DNA of 63,811 bases, filler included, from Octopus bimaculoides (Eukaryota): the NCBI RefSeq assembly GCF_001194135.2. It is 5 parts of 5 records of this genome, joined end to end, with 100 filler letters (N's around TTAATTAATTAA, not from the genome) between each part and the next. Parts side by side here need not be neighbours in the genome. Positions count along the whole stretch, not along the records: positions 11,086 to 38,524 come from NC_068985.1; positions 38,625 to 58,609 come from NC_068995.1; 3 more parts are not named here. One strand, 5' to 3'. Below the pieces are notes generated by a model that was given only the letters and a program-made list of their open reading frames with translations, did no database searches and was not told the origin of the DNA. Below, in pieces: positions 26,800 through 40,689 of the stretch (position 1 is the stretch's first letter; every line of letters begins with the position of its first letter). The position numbers were made by a program, and so were the translations under genes.

Positions 26800-28857
26800 C
26801 ATAAGATATTACAATGCCGCACACCTTCATTTGAGCTGCAAGCAATTGCAACAACAGTCTTCACAATCATGACGTCTGTGTAATATAATTATAATAATGC
26901 TACATAATGCTAGATAGTTAAAGTTTCTCAAGTCATTACATCCCAAGTAGATTTAAGAGTGTCACAGTTATATACTTCCACATAACCATAACTGAAGGGA
27001 ATGACTACAACTTGAAGAACTTCGTGTACCGTTGTACTTCATCGAAGTCGATCTGGAGTGTGATGCTTCAAACGTATGTAAATATGAATTCTTTGTCGTA
27101 ATACAAAAATCACAAATTGAAAGTTTTGAATGTTATATATTTATGTAATAAGCAGCCGGTATAAATATGTTTCAAAGCTTGATATATTTACAATTATATA
27201 AATGCATCATGATAGAAGACTAGTGAAACAAATAGCAGAGTTTTCAGCCAGTCTAATTTGATTGAATGCACCCCGGTATTATCCACAATGATAGCATCAT
27301 TAGGGTAGCCGAGAAAATATTTGTTTTCTTTATGAAATTGGTACAAAAATTCGATGTGTTTATCAGCAAAGTTAAATTTAGGCATTTCGACTCAATACAG
27401 GTAATCAGAAACTAAGCGTTATACATTTCTAGTAGATGCTTGAGCTGTGTCGTATTAAAGACCTCGCTTTATAGGGTATTGCAGTAATTAAAAAAAGCGT
27501 GCTATTCGGCCGCTGGGTTTTATGGGGTGTAATTTATATAAACTAGATTATCGAAGCCATTTTCCCTAGTATCTCCAGAATCATTTGCAAGACATGTGTT
27601 CAGAATTTTTATAGAATTCAATTTATCATTTTCGATTGAATAATTCTAAGCATAAGAGTTGTTCCTCGCGGGATAATTTGTCGATTTCCTAAACATATTA
27701 TGGTTTCTCCAAAAAGCTATTAAGATTCTCCATAATATTAGAGAATGATATCAATATAGAACGAGCTACTTGATGCAATGACCTGTTTGTCATGCACATT
27801 CAGTTTGCAAAAGCTTTCTGTTGTGTCAGCTTGATCCAAACAACTCGGAAAAATGACGTCCGTTGGGTCATTTTTCGACACACGTCATGGTATGCTCAAG
27901 AAAGAATTAATTTCGTTTGCAAATGAACCAGCTGACAGATTTCGTAACGGCAACATTTTTATTTCATATTCGTGTAGGTTTTGCTGCACACATTTTTCGA
28001 TTTTTTCTTTATATTCAAATGTGCAAATTCCAGAGGATTTTAAATTGATCAGCATTTCGTTATATCGCGATCACGCATAATGTATTGAATCGGAGCATAA
28101 GATAGTGGCCTACAATTGGTCATTATCATCGAAGGTCATCCAGAACGTCCCATGTGTTCACATGTCAAGGATCTCATTTTACTACATCTTCTTTTCTAAC
28201 TAATGTTGATCCATGTATTCACTGGAGCTCAGCTAGCCAAAAGCGTGGTTGATGTTGCGATCAATTCGCAATCATCTGAAATTGATATGCTTCCCGTATT
28301 TAATTTGAAAGTCAACCACACACAAAAACAATTAGAAAATATAAAGTCAATAACATAATCGAATTAAGAAAATTTGCGATTTAAGATGATATATTGCATG
28401 AACATAGGGAAATGTTAATTCCAAACTGACAATAAGATTCTAAATTAACTAAAAAAATAAACGTAGCAATTTGTAATCAGTAAAGAGCTTCCATTTGTTT
28501 ACCTTTTCAATCGAAATCTCAACTTAAAGTGAACCTTCTGTTTGATACAGCCAAGGCTGTCAACTTGCAATGCGAATCAACTACAAAGTATTCATACACT
28601 CGAGAATAGGTTTTCACTAATGTTTTATAGTAAGAAGCTTGCTTTCTAAACAAAATGTTGCTCCGGGTTCTGTCCCGCCATATGGTACCTTGGGTAAGTG
28701 TCTTCCACTATAGGCTCGGGTCCTACAAAGCCTTCTCAGTGGATTTGGTAGACATAAATTGAAAGGATCCTGTCGTGTATATATNNNNNNNNNNNNNNNN
28801 NNNNNNNNNNNNNNNNNNNNNNNNNNNNNNNNNNNNNNNNNNNNNNNNNNNNNNNNN

Positions 28858-28919
<62 letters not shown>

Positions 28920-31900
28920 ATATTTATGTGCGTATAAATATATGTACATGTATGTACATGTGTGCGTGCGTGCAGGTATTGTCTTTGTGTCTGCATTTGT
29001 TTCCAACAACCGCAGTTAGTGTGCTTATATTCCCATAAACTAGCGGTTCGGTAAAATAAATCGAGAGAATAAATACCAAGCTTGAAAAAACCTCTGGGAT
29101 CCATTAATTCGAATAAAAATTCACCGTGGCCGCAGTTAAATGACTGAAGAAGCTTGCTTCCAAACCACATGGTTTCCTGTTCAGTTCCACTGTGAAGCGC
29201 GTTGGGCAGTTGTGTCTTCTACTATAGTCTTGGGTCGACCAAACTTTGTGAGTCGATTTGGTAGACGGAAACGGGAAGACGCCCGTCGTATATATACTAT
29301 TTACTCTTTGCTTGTGTCAGTCATTTGACTGCGGCAATGCTGGAGTACCACCTTTAGTGGAGCAAATCGACCCCAGGACTTATTCTTTGTAAGCCTAGTA
29401 CTTATTCTATCAGTCTCTTTTGCCGAACCGCTAGTTTACGGGGACGTAAACACACCACTATCGGTTGTCAAGCGATGTTGGGGAGACAAACACAGACACA
29501 CAAACACACACACACACANNNNNNNNNNNNNNNNNNNNNNNNNNNNNNNNNNNNNNNNNNNNNNNNNNNNNNNNNNNNNNNNNNNNNNNNNNNNNNNNNN
29601 NNNNNNNNNNNNNNNNNNNNNNNNNNNNNNNNNNNNNNNNNNNNNNNNNNNNNNNNNNNNNNNNNNNNNNNNNNNNNNNNNNNNNNNNNNNNNNNNNNNN
29701 NNNNNNNNNNNNNNNNNNNNNNNNNNNNNNNNNNNNNNNNNNNNNNNNNNNNNNNNNNNNNNNNNNNNNNNNNNNNNNNNNNNNNNNNNNNNNNNNNNNN
29801 NNNNNNNNNNNNNNNNNNNNNNNNNNNNNNNNNNNNNNNNNNNNNNNNNNNNNNNNNNNNNNNNNNNNNNNNNNNNNNNNNNNNNNNNNNNNNNNNNNNN
29901 NNNNNNNNNNNNNNNNNNNNNNNNNNNNNNNNNNNNNNNNNNNNNNNNNNNNNNNNNNNNNNNNNNNNNNNNNNNNNNNNNNNNNNNNNNNNNNNNNNNN
30001 NNNNNNNNNNNNNNNNNNNNNNNNNNNNNNNNNNNNNNNNNNNNNNNNNNNNNNNNNNNNNNNNNNNNNNNNNNNNNNNNNNNNNNNNNNNNNNNNNNNN
30101 NNNNNNNNNNNNNNNNNNNNNNNNNNNNNNNNNNNNNNNNNNNNNNNNNNNNNNNNNNNNNNNNNNNNNNNNNNNNNNNNNNNNNNNNNNNNNNNNNNNN
30201 NNNNNNNNNNNNNNNNNNNNNNNNNNNNNNNNNNNNNNNNNNNNNNNNNNNNNNNNNNNNNNNNNNNNNNNNNNNNNNNNNNNNNNNNNNNNNNNNNNNN
30301 NNNNNNNNNNNNNNNNNNNNNNNNNNNNNNNNNNNNNNNNNNNNNNNNNNNNNNNNNNNNNNNNNNNNNNNNNNNNNNNNNNNNNNNNNNNNNNNNNNNN
30401 NNNNNNNNNNNNNNNNNNNNNNNNNNNNNNNNNNNNNNNNNNNNNNNNNNNNNNNNNNNNNNNNNNNNNNNNNTATATATATAGCTAGTCGGGTTAATGA
30501 ATGAAAATATATTTCTTGGTGGCTATATGAAAAATTATGTGAACAACACCCGTGGACAGTTCTGCAGTTCTGCAGTTACTTTTTTCTTGGACACAGTAAA
30601 AATAAAAATAAAATCTTTTTGTGTGTTCAAACTATATACGAGAGAGTGTACCTAACCGGCCAGTAGAATCTTTTTCCACTTTCGATCACCCAGTCACTAT
30701 GAGCTGCACCGTGGTTGGATAACGCGTTAAGCTCAAGTGTGGATTGTTGGTGGTCATGAATTGTCACGAGTATGTAACTGACGGGGATATGCATATTTTT
30801 CACCAACGCACACACATACAAATACACATATGCATATGTAAGATTTGTATGTAAATCAATTCCCATCTTTAGATGTTTGGATCTTTCTTGCAAGGAAGGA
30901 GGTGACTTGTAGCACCGTTACAAATCTCCATCGTTAGACTATAGTTAGCAATACAATGCTGCTCTTACCCTTGCCGATTGTATTTATAATGTACGTGTTA
31001 GCTGTTTAATTTATTTTTCAGATTATCACTAAGGCAATTACTAACAACACCAAACGCACCAAACATTATTTTTGCAAATTTGAATTTCACATCTGTGTAT
31101 AGAGACTGAATGTTTCTGAGAAAGTGTCTATTGTTCTTCTTTGACTCTGTGTTTCGAAGACATTCACATAAGCAAGCCAGGTAACCTGTGTATAAGTAAT
31201 ATTTTCCGTGTCAATCCCACCAAAATATACCTAGTCTAATATGCTTGCACTAGGTAAACGATTTGATGTGCATGTTCTACCAAGATCAAGTGTGCTATTG
31301 TTTACTTATGCATTCAGTAACACCGAATTCTCGATATTTATCCCCAAACATTCTTCTCCAGATGGCTTTGTATATTGGTATAGCAACAACTTCATGTCAC
31401 AATTATAGATGACATTTATGGGTGCCTTGATGACGTTTTGGGGTACTGTTTATACGTAGGTGTAAGTTGTTATGAGTATATTCTAGCAAATATGTTTCGT
31501 ACGGTTGAATCGTTCTGTATACCTCATATCACATTCAAAATTTATGATGATGTTGAGGTTTAGTGTCATGTAATCTAATCGGGGCCAACTACTGAACATA
31601 GAGAGTGAGTGAGAGATAAAGACATTATGTGTGTGTTCGTGCGTATGTGCGTGTGTGTGTATGCGCGCGTATTTAGCAAACATTGCCATTAAGACACATG
31701 GTCGTTGCATCCGAAGCAAAAATAGCTACAAAATATGTCTGACATTTTATTAAAGATTCTAACATTATGAAAATCCTTAATCTGGTCAAAACATATTGAA
31801 TTGGATATTAAATAAATTATTAGACAAATGTTCACATCATCCCTCAAATTATAACGATACAGGTACATGTTGATATTATATAGACAGCAATACAAAACAT

Positions 31901-34900
31901 TCTAGATAGATAGTCTAACGGAAACGTATCAAAGCAGACAATCGTCTATTAAGAAATATCAGACCAACAGTCTTCAAATTAGTGCCTCTCGAATAGAAGA
32001 ATAAAAGAACCCTTTAAATGTGCACCAATACACACTGTCTCTGAAATACTGTTGTAATCATCGTGTGTATATATGATGTCTTATCATCAGAGTGCACTAT
32101 CGTAAGAGATCCATTCTACACATCACCATTTACACAAACAGGCCGGGAAAAACTGATTTAATATAACACTCACGCACACACATGCACACACACGCACACA
32201 CACATTTACACATACACCCACGCATAGAAACGTAAACACACACACATATACATGTCAAAAGTATATTCGCAAAAATCTCATACAGTGTAAATTTCCTCAA
32301 CAAATGAATCGATCCATTGTACTCTTATTGTATGGAAGCTGTGAATAAACTATCAAGTTGCTGAACCAAGAAATAAGATCTATAAGGTAGGTTGACGACA
32401 TCAACGACTAGTGTCCACATATAAGTGAGACAATTCTATGTCATCGCTTTTGATATCACTATGCGTGCACGACCTTAGAAGTCTCAAATTAGTATGTGTA
32501 TTATTATTGAACCGGACTAATCGATATCATGCTAAAGGTGGTTCTATCATTCTTGTCATTTAAATTTTAGGATTGAACAAGATCTGTGAAATCTAATACT
32601 GTATCTACAAAATTATTCGCGTTTTTGCGTCAGTCGACAGAACTCATTTTATCCAGTTTGCAAAGCAACTTGGGAAAACGGGTGTTGTTTAATAAGTGTG
32701 GAAAACGTAACATCATTACAAAGAAAGATTTAATAAAGAACATTTTCAACATAGCGGAAAAGGACGCGAACTAAACGCGAAATGACAAAACGAATCATTT
32801 TGAAATATGGGTAATAACATTTTTCATCTCATGTCAATGTAGTTACACAATAAAAATAGACAATATAAACAACATATATACTACTGCAATATAATCAATC
32901 TGTCAGATACGCATGAATAATATAGTTAGAGACCAGTTGATATTCTTGTGTTGCGGAATGCATGAAATTAAAAATATATTGAGCGTGTTTCTAATTCCCA
33001 TAGATAAGGAGTTTATCAAACGAAAATGAATTATCATCCTTTCGAGGATATTTTTGTTTTGTACAATTATGTATTTGCTTTGTTTGGAAATAATCTCACC
33101 AGTACGTCAATCACTGAGTACAAATTAGTTAAGAATCAGTAAACTGAAATGTGTTCCTGGAATAGATTAGTTTCACATATCAGTGAGTTACTAACATATC
33201 TGAGCATTGAAGTATACTACACTTCAGCTTGGCATTAATCAAATAGTTTCTGCAGGTTACCGCAAGGAACTACTTGAGATTCATGACATGTAGACTCTAC
33301 ATATGTTCGAAGGTATCTTGGATCTGAAGCAGTATTATGCCTGCAAAGAGTGGCAACATTTAATTAAGCATATAAGTTCTCAACCTGACAATTGTTATTC
33401 CACTAAAATTAGAATTAGACAAATCCAGATATGTAAAATAAATTATGCAGGAAGATACAAAATTTTGGGGTCAAGTACACTATCATATAAAACATTTGTC
33501 CAGTTTATCTCATTTTGAGTTAGGTCTCATCCGTGTCTTATATAAGCTATTTATCCATTCTATTCACTTGTCTATCAACATGGTATAATTTCTTTAATTC
33601 TGTGTATCAGACTAAAAGTATGTTCGCGTCTGACTTTGGTAATTGTGACTGATTTGATATCATTGTATGTCACATCAGGCATTCTCCATATTAAACTGGC
33701 TAGTTCGATACCATGTTTAGGGTTTGCTACATGCTTATACAGCAAAACTTAATATCACGCTGAATTTTGTACATGTGGATACACACTGACTTTTCTGGAC
33801 TCTCCATTTAGGTGTATACCTTCAGTCGTTTCAGTGCAATTATTGGAATATTTTGCACACTTGATGTAAGTCTCTTCTTTCTTCGATGTTTTGTGTCATT
33901 GTACTGATCCAGTGCATTTAAAATCAATCATTTTGTGTTTGCTTTAACACGGTTGTCTTTAGCTACTTCCGTTTCCTACTGCCTTGTTTATCGACTTTTC
34001 TCGTAGTTCATTTCTTTCTTCTTCTGTTGGGGAGGATGCATTCTATTTTCAGCAATATGAAATTCCATACGGATGCCATATCTTAAAACTTTGTTCTGTT
34101 AGCTTGCGACTGTCTAAATCTATTATCGTTTGTTAATAATAATTTTTTTCTTCCTTCTACACGTAGAATATTCTTTTACTCAACTCCCCTCACCGCAACA
34201 GTTAGTTACCTTTCCCTTGCATGTTCTTGGTTCCCTTGCAAGTACTTTGTAGAATACTTGATTCAAGTACCATTTTCTCAAAGTGCAAATTAGGTACGTC
34301 CTACGTATACCAATGTCGCATGGAATCTTTCGAATCCTACTTTTATGTCTTTTTTTTTTTGGTTTGCATGACTAAAATCTTCAATTATCTTATATTACAG
34401 TTTATGTGGTCGCGAACTTGGGATATTTAGATTATTTCGTATAGATTATATTTTATGTAGAATAGGTATCAGTGTATTTTCCAAAATTAGTCTGAATCTG
34501 ATTAATTTCTTGTATTCATTTCTAATTTACAAACCTAGTTTTGTGTCTGGTGCCTTATCGATATATCTACTCTGGGTGTGAGTTCAATACTCATCATGGA
34601 TTTCGGTATTAGGATCAAATTCAATAATGATCTAACTTATTGGTCTCAACATACATTAATTTGCATAATGCTCTAAGAGATTTAGCTCATATTTTGCGCA
34701 TAAATTTATTTGCCGATACTAATTAAACTCGTGAAATATATTTTATAAATTTTACGTCTCGGTTCTATTCTCAAATAATAGTTCAATAATAGTTCCACTA
34801 AGGAGGATTTTTGTAGTATATTGCCTGTGCTATTTACAATCTTTGAGACATCATCATCATCATCATCATCATCATCAGTAGCAGGAATAGCAGCAGGAGC

Positions 34901-35900
34901 ATCACACAGAAATATTCTAATCTATAATTTATATATGACAAACATATTGAAATGACAATCAGGAATTAAATGACATAACATTTGTTGCATAACCTATCGT
35001 ATACATTAGATATTTCAATGTGCAGTTTCATATGTTCTGCAGTCAACTGATTATGGCTTTTGATTTAAATAATAATCCTCATTCATCTTTACAAATCCTT
35101 CATTTTATAATTCATTATGCTTTAATCACAAGTCTCCAAACGTCATCTCTACAATAGGATCCGCACTCGTTATGCTTCCAAATTTAATCGTTAGTAAATA
35201 AGAATTAAACACTATAACGAAGAGATAAAGGAAGACTAAACGTAATGCAATATGGGGCATAGTCCTCGTAATTTGATACACTGTGCTTGAACCTATTAAG
35301 AATATTTTAAACTTGATTTTATTTCTTATAGAAAGAAACCAATCAAGTTCCCCGTTTCTATTTTTATATCTATTGTCAATCTATGAAGATTGATGTTTTC
35401 AGACATGAGAAATATGTTCTTTAAAATACAACCTCACAATGTATTCTGAAATAAATTATGCGTAGCTTCTACCCTTAAGTACGTAAATATTCAACAGTTA
35501 AAGTAAGGAAACGTAGCTAAAATACTTATCGTTTTGTCCGTATTCTTGCCAATACACTGTAGTAAAGATTTAGTCGGTTTGTTTATTTAACTTGAGAGTA
35601 ATCTAACATCTGTTCATATTTGATCTATTTCTCTTCCTTATTGATTAGTCTTACCTTTGCAACTGACAGCCAGCTACATTGTACACAATTGTAGATGACA
35701 GGTTCTTGACTACACATCTAATTTCATCGCTTTCTCTCTCGGTACTATTAAATCAACAGTCATTTTCTCACAGCAACCTAAATTTGTATTTTCTTTCTGC
35801 GAATGGGCTTTTTATATCCACGTTTTCTACCCAGAGTTTTTCCATGGTAGAGAAAGGCGTTAATATTATAACAGACTATTGATTATTTTTCTATGATTTG
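26800..35900 (-). pseudogene. Probable decayed multi-fibronectin type III domain gene (receptor-type PTP/RTK/cytokine-receptor-like ectodomain)
   Basis: Scattered FN3-like peptides broken by stops: SPFAERKYKFRLL (~35.8k), LIWRMPDVTYNDIKSVTIT (~33.65k), APINVIYNCDMKLLLYQYTKP (~31.4k), IATSTTLLAS*AP (~28.24k), LHEYEIKMLPLRNLSAG (~27.95k), YPNDAIIVDNTGVHSIKLDW (~27.27k). Several are flanked by ag/gt splice-like sites. Motif recognition only. Confidence 0.45.
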
Positions 35901-36775
35901 CCAGCCCATTTGTGACAAGTACATTACCAGTTTAAATAATCCAATTACAAGTAGATTGTGTAATAAATAAAGTGTAAGAGTGGCTGTTAATTTTTGTTTT
36001 CAATTAAGTTATTATTCAAACGGACATGTGTAACAATAGTAGTAGGGATACAAAAGAACAAATATATTTGAACACGTGAAAGAATGTTTGACACTTTTAA
36101 AATAAAATAATAGGATAAAATCCGAAGATAAACCTCTAAATAGGTTTCTCAGATCTTAGCTTATAATCATTTCTTATTTAAGGCAACGAGCTGGCGCGTC
36201 TCACAACATGTCACTGTCCTTTACGTTCTCAGTACGAATACCACCGAGGTCTACCTTACATTTCATCCCTTCGGAGTCGATAAATTAGGTACCAAAGTTC
36301 AAATTCCGCCGAGGTTGACTTTGTTTTTCCTTTTATCGGGTCGATAAAATTAAAACTAATTCAGCACTGGGATCGATATAATCAACTAGATCATTTCCCC
36401 AAAATTGCAGTCCTTCTGTCTATAGTAGGAAGGAATAATTATTACACAATGAAGTGAATTATTATAAAAGTATAGTGGGAAAAGATTAGACATTGAATTT
36501 AGCAGTATTTAATATAATTATATATGGTGTGAAGTTAAGACGCTCATTTTGCACCCATGTGGTTTTCATTCAATCCCATAGTACGGCAACTTGGTTAAGG
36601 CATACTACTATGACCTGCAATCGATAATTTTTTGAGTGAATTTGGTAGATGGAAACCATGTGAAAAGCCATCATATGTCTCATATGTGTCATTTTGGCTA
36701 TATTCACCCTCCCACCGTTTGATAACCATGTATATATANNNNNNNNNNNNNNNNNNNNNNNNNNNNNNNNNNNNN

Positions 36776-36810
<35 letters not shown>

Positions 36811-36812
<2 letters not shown>

Positions 36813-37206
36813 CACATGCACAAGAGTAAAAGAAAGGTGTAGATAAGATCCCGGCTACATATGTTTCATATCGATCAGAACCACGGAAGTAGTGAATATC
36901 CAACCGAGGTGTATACCGCTGGCTACTTTTCAGTCAAGGATGTTTTGATTACATGCAAGTATACATTGTCACAAGAGGGTACTTGTTAAGACCTGCTTAC
37001 ATTGTGGCCAGTAGGTACATGTATCTTTGATTGAATCTTCCATGTATTAAAATGTACCTCATTGCGACAATGTAAGCCTTCATTTAATCAAGACATCCTT
37101 AGCCCAAAGAGTATACATCTCGCTTGGATACTTACGACTTACGAGGCTCTGCTCTCTATGAAACATATGTAGTCCGGATCATAACTACTCCATTCCTTAA
37201 CTCTTG
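36811..37206. mobile_element. Palindromic (fold-back) MITE of ~400 bp
   Basis: CAAGAGT...ACTCTTG ends. Arms are complementary almost to the centre, e.g. gatcccggctacatatgtttcata / tatgaaacatatgtagtccggatc. TA on the right flank. Confidence 0.75.
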
Positions 37207-37631
37207 TATTCTTATTTGCATGCCTAGCAACCCTGGTTGACTACCGTTAAATATAAAACGAACGCTTTTCAATTTATCGTACTTCAATCAGAAACACATC
37301 CCCAACATACCGTCTCAATAAATCACTATAGTTCCTAGAAGTTGTTTTCATATTTCTTACGGTTTGCTTGAGGTTAACGTCCTTCTTAAACGTCGATCCT
37401 TTTATATATATATATATATAAAAAATCAAAGGATCGAGGTTTAGGAAGAAAATTAGCCTCAAGCAAACCATAATAAATATAACAAATCACAATAATATGT
37501 AGTAGTTTCACGCTTAGAAAAAATGGAAGTCTCCTTGACTATTTGAGCCTACGCTCTTCTACTGCAAAGAATGAGGAAACAAGTCGTATGGAGAGAAAAA
37601 AATCCAGATTAACTGTTACATATATATATAT

Positions 37632-38506
37632 ATGGGGGATACGATGGTTAATTGTCGGCATTGTATATTTTTAATTTCGCGAATGTTCATTGATTGTTTC
37701 TGATGTTATCGCCTACACGTTATAGTAGGATTGGTTGGGCACCGTCTGTGAGAAAAGCAGCTCCATGTCGCAATACACTCTGCTAGAAATTTGGAAACGA
37801 CATGCTGCACTGCTTGGCATTGACGATGGTACCTCCAATATGAACATTCCAGGATGTTTGGGTGTCAATCTGAGGACACTGCAATCTGAGGACATGTACC
37901 GAGACTGATTAAAATAAAACATCCAGTCAACATCATGATGTTTCGAAGTATCACTGGTTATGACGGTGTTATGTTTCCATCCATCTTCCCACACGGCCTC
38001 TAACTCAATACGGAGGCCTACATCAAGTGCCTAGAGGATTTAGTGCTGTCCTGGGTCAAGAAGGTGGATGCTGGATGACCCTATATCTGGCAACATGAAT
38101 CTACACTGTGCCACACATGCAGAAGAACCCAGTCATGGCAGTCAGATGATTTCTGCTACCACATCACCCCTAAAGTCTTGCCAAGTCATTTTCCAGACTG
38201 CAACCCCCTTGATGGTTATACAAGGTGAGGGAGAGAACAACAACCCTCCTTCACTTGAAATACCAAAGATGAACTGAAGAGAAGAATTATGGCAGCATTC
38301 ACAAACTTATAGAAAGAGACCGTCCAGAAGCGTCGCAGGAGATTATGAAGTCCTCTCGAGGCTGTCGATTGTAATGAATGAATTTACTCCTTAGTATTTC
38401 AAAATACTTTTATATAAGTTTGGTAAATATATCTGTTAAAATGAGATGTCAATATTATTTTCATTTTCGTGTAATTTCAGACGACAATACGCTCACCGCA
38501 GGCTGT
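37632..38506 (+). mobile_element. Internally deleted Tc1/mariner (maT-like) transposon
   Basis: KHPVNIMMF, IFPHG..NTEAYIKCLE..LSWVK, PYIWQHES, DCNPLD and KDELKRRIMAAFTNL motifs; ends in ...GGCTG-TA. Confidence 0.85.
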
Positions 38507-38524
38507 ATATATATATATATATAT

Positions 38525-38624
38525 NNNNNNNNNNNNNNNNNNNNNNNNNNNNNNNNNNNNNNNNNNNNTTAATTAATTAANNNNNNNNNNNNNNNNNNNN
38601 NNNNNNNNNNNNNNNNNNNNNNNN
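38525..38624. other. Scaffold join marker: 44 N + TTAATTAATTAA + 44 N (also 10986-11085, 58610-58709, 61773-61872)
   Basis: Identical 100-bp construct occurs four times; the 12-mer puts stop codons in all six frames. Confidence 0.95.
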
Positions 38625-38910
38625 AGCTCCATAATGGAAAAAAGTATTATCTTCAGTTCACTCAGTGCATTTCAAAGAATACTGCAATGTCATGACCTTG
38701 CAAGATGCCCTGAAGTATGATGCATATAGCTAGGAGGTTATCAGAGACTTCAAATCAGAGACATTTTGGTATGTCTCCAAGATGGCTTTACCAAGTTTGC
38801 CTGTTATGTGTGTGTGTGAGTGTGTGTAGTCAAGGAAAGATGAAGTATTACCCATAAAGTTATGCATGGAAGGTTGGGGACTCAAAACTAAAAATGACAA
38901 TTGTGTTTAC

Positions 38911-38985
38911 CTGCAATCATCAGCTTCACACCAGTCATCATCTCTCCATCGATCCTCTTCCCAAGGGTACATCATACCACTTGGA
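38911..38985 (-). CDS. NBAS: NBAS exon (last found): PSGMMYPWEEDRWRDDDWCEADDC(R)
   Basis: Acceptor tttcatgtag, donor gtaaac; 75 nt, phase 2-2. Carries the PW......DWCE motif of NBAS. Confidence 0.92.
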
Positions 38986-39120
38986 CTACATGAAATGAGC
39001 AAAATAATTCTTAAGATAAAAATCTTCCTTTTATCAAATATATGTCAGAATGTTTGATGAATTAATATAAACAGGCAAAAATACAGTAATGAATGTTAAA
39101 ATAAAAATTAAAAAACATAC

Positions 39121-39192
39121 CCAACTTCAGGTAGTAAATTACTATACTCTCGAGGGGAGGTACTTTCTGGGAAATTGGACAAAATTGCCAAC
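39121..39192 (-). CDS. NBAS: NBAS exon: LAILSNFPESTSPREYSNLLPEV(G)
   Basis: Acceptor tttttaaag, donor gtatgt; 72 nt, phase 2-2. Matches LAILSNFPETTSPHEYSVLLPE at the start of the Sec39-like region. Confidence 0.96.
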
Positions 39193-40689
39193 CTTTAAAA
39201 ATAAAATTGATTAAAATATTGTGTAATTATAAATTCAAATTTATTGTATAATTATGAATTTAAATCAAAAATAAAAAAAAATATTCTAATGAAGAATAAA
39301 TAGCTCATATTGAATACAAAATTAATTGGAATTTATTTTTTTGGTTTTGTTTGTTTTGTTTTCACTTGTTGAATCTGGAAGAATGAACAGTACTCGTGTC
39401 CTTTGCAGACCCTCTAAAAATGATTAAGGATAGGGGTAAGAGGATGAAGCAAGAGAAGATAAGGTTGAGTTTGAATTATTGCAGGTTTTAATTGGAGGTA
39501 GGGGGAGGAGAATAAGAAAAAGAGGGAAAACCCCAGAAAGAAAAAGCTCCGAAAAAAATTATTCAAGTAAAAACATGTAAACATAACCTGAGTTAGAAAA
39601 AGAAAACAAAAGTATGAGTAGAGATAAAGGTAAACAACTAGAAGAGCAGACATAATGATTATAAGTCTCTACCGTGACAATAATAGAAATGAATTTAAAT
39701 AGTTAATTTAGTTGATGGACAAAAACAGGAAAAAACTACTAGTCAGATAACATTGTTCTAGATAAAGCCAAGAATTACAAGTAGTATGGAACTGTAAGTA
39801 AATCTAATATAATAAATGTGAAAACTAATTTTTGTGTGTCAGTGTGTCACACTTAGACCCTTCTCTTACTATTCAATGACACTCCTACTTGTAGTAAAGA
39901 GTGTTTGTCAACATAACATGGCAGTCCTGGTTTAGGACTAATGTTGGTGTAATTTAGACCCAAGAGACAATGTCTCCTGGGGCTAAATTTTTACTACAAA
40001 GTACTGTTGCTGAATATCTCATGTTGTGAGATTTAGAAATAGTAATTTTCTGACACTCTTACTATTCCTCATGATGGGGTGAGAGTAATAGTAGGCATAG
40101 AGATGGTGAGGGCGGTGGTGAAGATAGAGAGAGAAAGAAAAAGAGGAGAGAAAAAGAGACATNNNNNNNNNNNNNNNNNNNNNNNNNNNNNNNNNNNNNN
40201 NNNNNNNNNNNNNNNNNNNNNNNNNNNNNNNNNNNNNNNNNNNNNNNNNNNNNNNNNNNNNNNNNNNNNNNNNNNNNNNNNNNNNNNNNNNNNNNNNNNN
40301 NNNNNNNNNNNNNNNNNNNNNNNNNNNNNNNNNNNNNNNNNNNNNNNNNNNNNNNNNNNNNNNNNNNNNNNNNNNNNNNNNNNNNNNNNAATATATCTAA
40401 TACAATAAATGTGAATGTCAGTGCGTCACACTTTTTCAGCTTTAATAAATCCTTTCTACTGGAAGCATATCGACCCAGTACATAACAGGTACTAATTTTA
40501 TTGACCCTTGAAAGGATAAAAGACAAAGTCGACCTTGGCGGAATTCAAACCCAAAACCTAACAGCAGACAAAATACCACTAAGCATTTTGTCCAGCGTGC
40601 TAATGATTCTGCCACCTCACTGCCTTAATATAATATAATAAATGTGAATGTCAATGTGTCACACTTTTTCAACTTTATTCCTAGAGGTC

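Noticed and set aside
37157-37172. GAAA-CATATG-TA looks like a hammerhead 3' half
   Set aside because: Lies in the arm of a palindromic MITE; no properly spaced CUGANGA or stem II.
39370-39440. ILNHF*RVCKGHEYCSFF has the same spacing as NBAS ILSNFPETTSPHEY
   Set aside because: Codon-level similarity to the true exon (39121-39192) is negligible; treated as coincidence.
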